Below, one piece after another: positions 62,776-64,000 of a DNA stretch of 64,000 nt (positions are counted from its first letter, which is position 1; each line of letters opens with the position of its first letter). The stretch is from Candidatus Marinacidobacterium sp. Lineage in GTDB: Bacteria > Acidobacteriota > Vicinamibacteria > Marinacidobacterales > Marinacidobacteraceae. The DNA lies in assembly GCA_965220965.1 (NCBI GenBank), contig OZ244852.1:1216001-1280000 (forward strand). The letters run 5' to 3'. Under the pieces are notes generated by a model. The model saw only the letters and a list, made by a program, of their open reading frames with translations. It was not told the origin of the DNA and searched no databases. The translations under genes and the position numbers were made by a program.

Positions 62776-63812
62776 GGGGCCGTTCGGGCCATTCGGTCGG
62801 CCGGGGCCCCGGACCCGGGCGCCTCGGGGACCGCGCCGGCCTCGAGCGCCTCCCGGAAACGCTCCACCGCGGCTGTGAACGCGCCGGGGTCGTCACCGGG
62901 AAGCCGGATCCAGGTGAGACCCGGCTCGGCGCGGAACCAGGTGAGCTGCCGCCGGGCGTAGCGGCGGGTCGCGGCGACGATGCTCCTCTCGCGCTCCCGA
63001 ACGAGGTCCTCCGGAAACGCGCCGTCCTCGGACGCGGCGAGCGCCCCCAGGATCTCCCGGTAGCCGATCGCCAGCCGCCCCGGCCAGTCCTCCCGGTAGC
63101 GCTTCCGGAGGGCGCGCGCCTCCTCGATCCAGCCGGCCGCCAGCATCGCCCGGACACGGTCCGCGATCCGCGCGCCCAGCAGTTCACGGGGCGGATCGAG
63201 CGCGAGCACCGTCCAGGCGGCGGAGCCGAGAGGGGAGGCCCGACGCATCCGGAGACGGGAAATCGGCTCGCCGGCGGCGAGCGCGACTTCGAGCGCGCGG
63301 AGGCGCCGCACCCGGTCGTTGGGATGGACGCGCTGGTGGGACTCGGGATCCAGGCGGGCGAGCAGCCGGTCCAGCCGGACGCGTCCCCGGGGGCGGGCAT
63401 CGAGGCGCTGGAGCCGCGCGCGGAGATCGGGATCCACCTCCGGTCCGTCGAAGACGCCCTCGCGCAGCGCGCGGAAATAAAGGCCGCTCCCCCCGACCAC
63501 CAGCGGGACCCCGCCGCGCGCCCGGATGTCCCGGATCGCGCTTGCGGCGAGCCCGGCGAAACGGCCTGCCGTGCTCGGGTCGTCGGGCGCCAGAGCGCCG
63601 ATCAGATGGTGGGGAACCGCCGCCAGCTCGTCTGAGTCCGGCTTCCCGGTCCCGATGTCCAGATCCCGGTAGATCTGGAACGCGTCGCAAGAGACGACCT
63701 CCACCGGCGCCGGTATCGCCTCGGCCACCCGGACGGCGAGTCCGGTCTTTCCGGCGCCGGTCGGACCCAGGATGGCCAGAACCGGCGCGTCAGGGGATAC
63801 GGGGTCCGCCAC
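62772..63812 (-). CDS. miaA: tRNA dimethylallyltransferase
   Basis: GPTGAGKT, DAFQIYR.LDIGT.KP, VPHHL, VGGSGLY, AIGYRE, TRRYARRQ.TWF. Confidence 0.95.
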   Translation of the reverse strand: MADPVSPDAPVLAILGPTGAGKTGLAVRVAEAIPAPVEVVSCDAFQIYRDLDIGTGKPDSDELAAVPHHLIGALAPDDPSTAGRFAGLAASAIRDIRARGGVPLVVGGSGLYFRALREGVFDGPEVDPDLRARLQRLDARPRGRVRLDRLLARLDPESHQRVHPNDRVRRLRALEVALAAGEPISRLRMRRASPLGSAAWTVLALDPPRELLGARIADRVRAMLAAGWIEEARALRKRYREDWPGRLAIGYREILGALAASEDGAFPEDLVRERERSIVAATRRYARRQLTWFRAEPGLTWIRLPGDDPGAFTAAVERFREALEAGAVPEAPGSGAPADRMARTAP

Positions 63813-63823
63813 CGGGCGGGGGG

Positions 63824-63940
63824 TCAGAGGATGGCCCGGCCGACCGCCAGCAGGAGGAGCAGCAGGACGAGCAACGCGGCGGCGCGAATCTGCGTCGGGC
63901 GAAACGCGCGGGACGGGGTGCGGGGCGCGCCGGAGGTCAA
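63824..63940 (-). CDS. Putative 38-aa single-TM small protein
   Basis: TTGA overlap with the upstream stop; MTSGAPRTPSRAFRPTQIRAAALLVLLLLLLAVGRAIL; ends 11 bp before miaA. Confidence 0.45.
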   Translation of the reverse strand: MTSGAPRTPSRAFRPTQIRAAALLVLLLLLLAVGRAIL

Positions 63941-64000
63941 CGGGTGGCGATCCCGGTCCCCGGGTAGTAGTGGGCGAGGATCTCCCGGTAGGTCGCGCCC
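63937..64000 (-). CDS. C-terminal end of a SpoIID/LytB-domain protein (5'-partial)
   Basis: GATYREILAHYYPGT matches the typical SpoIID C-terminal G..Y.EIL.HYY.G motif; only 20 codons are visible. Confidence 0.65.
   Translation of the reverse strand, partial: GATYREILAHYYPGTGIATR

Overview
High-GC (~70% by eye) bacterial window. The rplM-rpsI-rpsB-tsf order, the DUF6677-like gene pair and the FN3/NHL/LVIVD-rich secreted proteins suggest an Acidobacteriota genome, possibly a host (e.g. sponge) symbiont; this is inference. 1-22018: the 3' part of one giant (>7,300 aa) surface protein with 30 near-identical 285-bp FN3 repeats, 8 cadherin/Ig-like 285-bp repeats and a C-terminal autotransporter-like barrel. 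22.1-27.4 kb: rplM-rpsI-rpsB-tsf-pyrH-frr-thrC. 27.5-39.5 kb: secreted peptidases and beta-propellers, a TauD-type dioxygenase, and an octaheme HAO-family cytochrome c coupled to a 4-His, internally duplicated membrane protein. 39.5-55.5 kb: housekeeping genes (lolD, lolC/E, lysS, nusB, ribH, beta-oxidation, nucleoside salvage, tonB, aminotransferases, coaD, rsmD). Between rsmD and recG is a small accessory/defence-like island: a hypothetical protein, a Schlafen/AlbA_2 protein, an AAA+/DUF4143 ATPase-nuclease and a methyltransferase. The most striking unexplained signal lies between the two divergent island genes: an in-phase 23-bp-period array (13-bp core TGACAATCRGCCG plus 10-bp variable spacers) split by an AT-rich 69-bp centre and ending exactly at the ATPase start codon, with one perfect remote copy at the island edge. 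No tRNA/rRNA gene, CRISPR-Cas system or integrase/transposase was seen.
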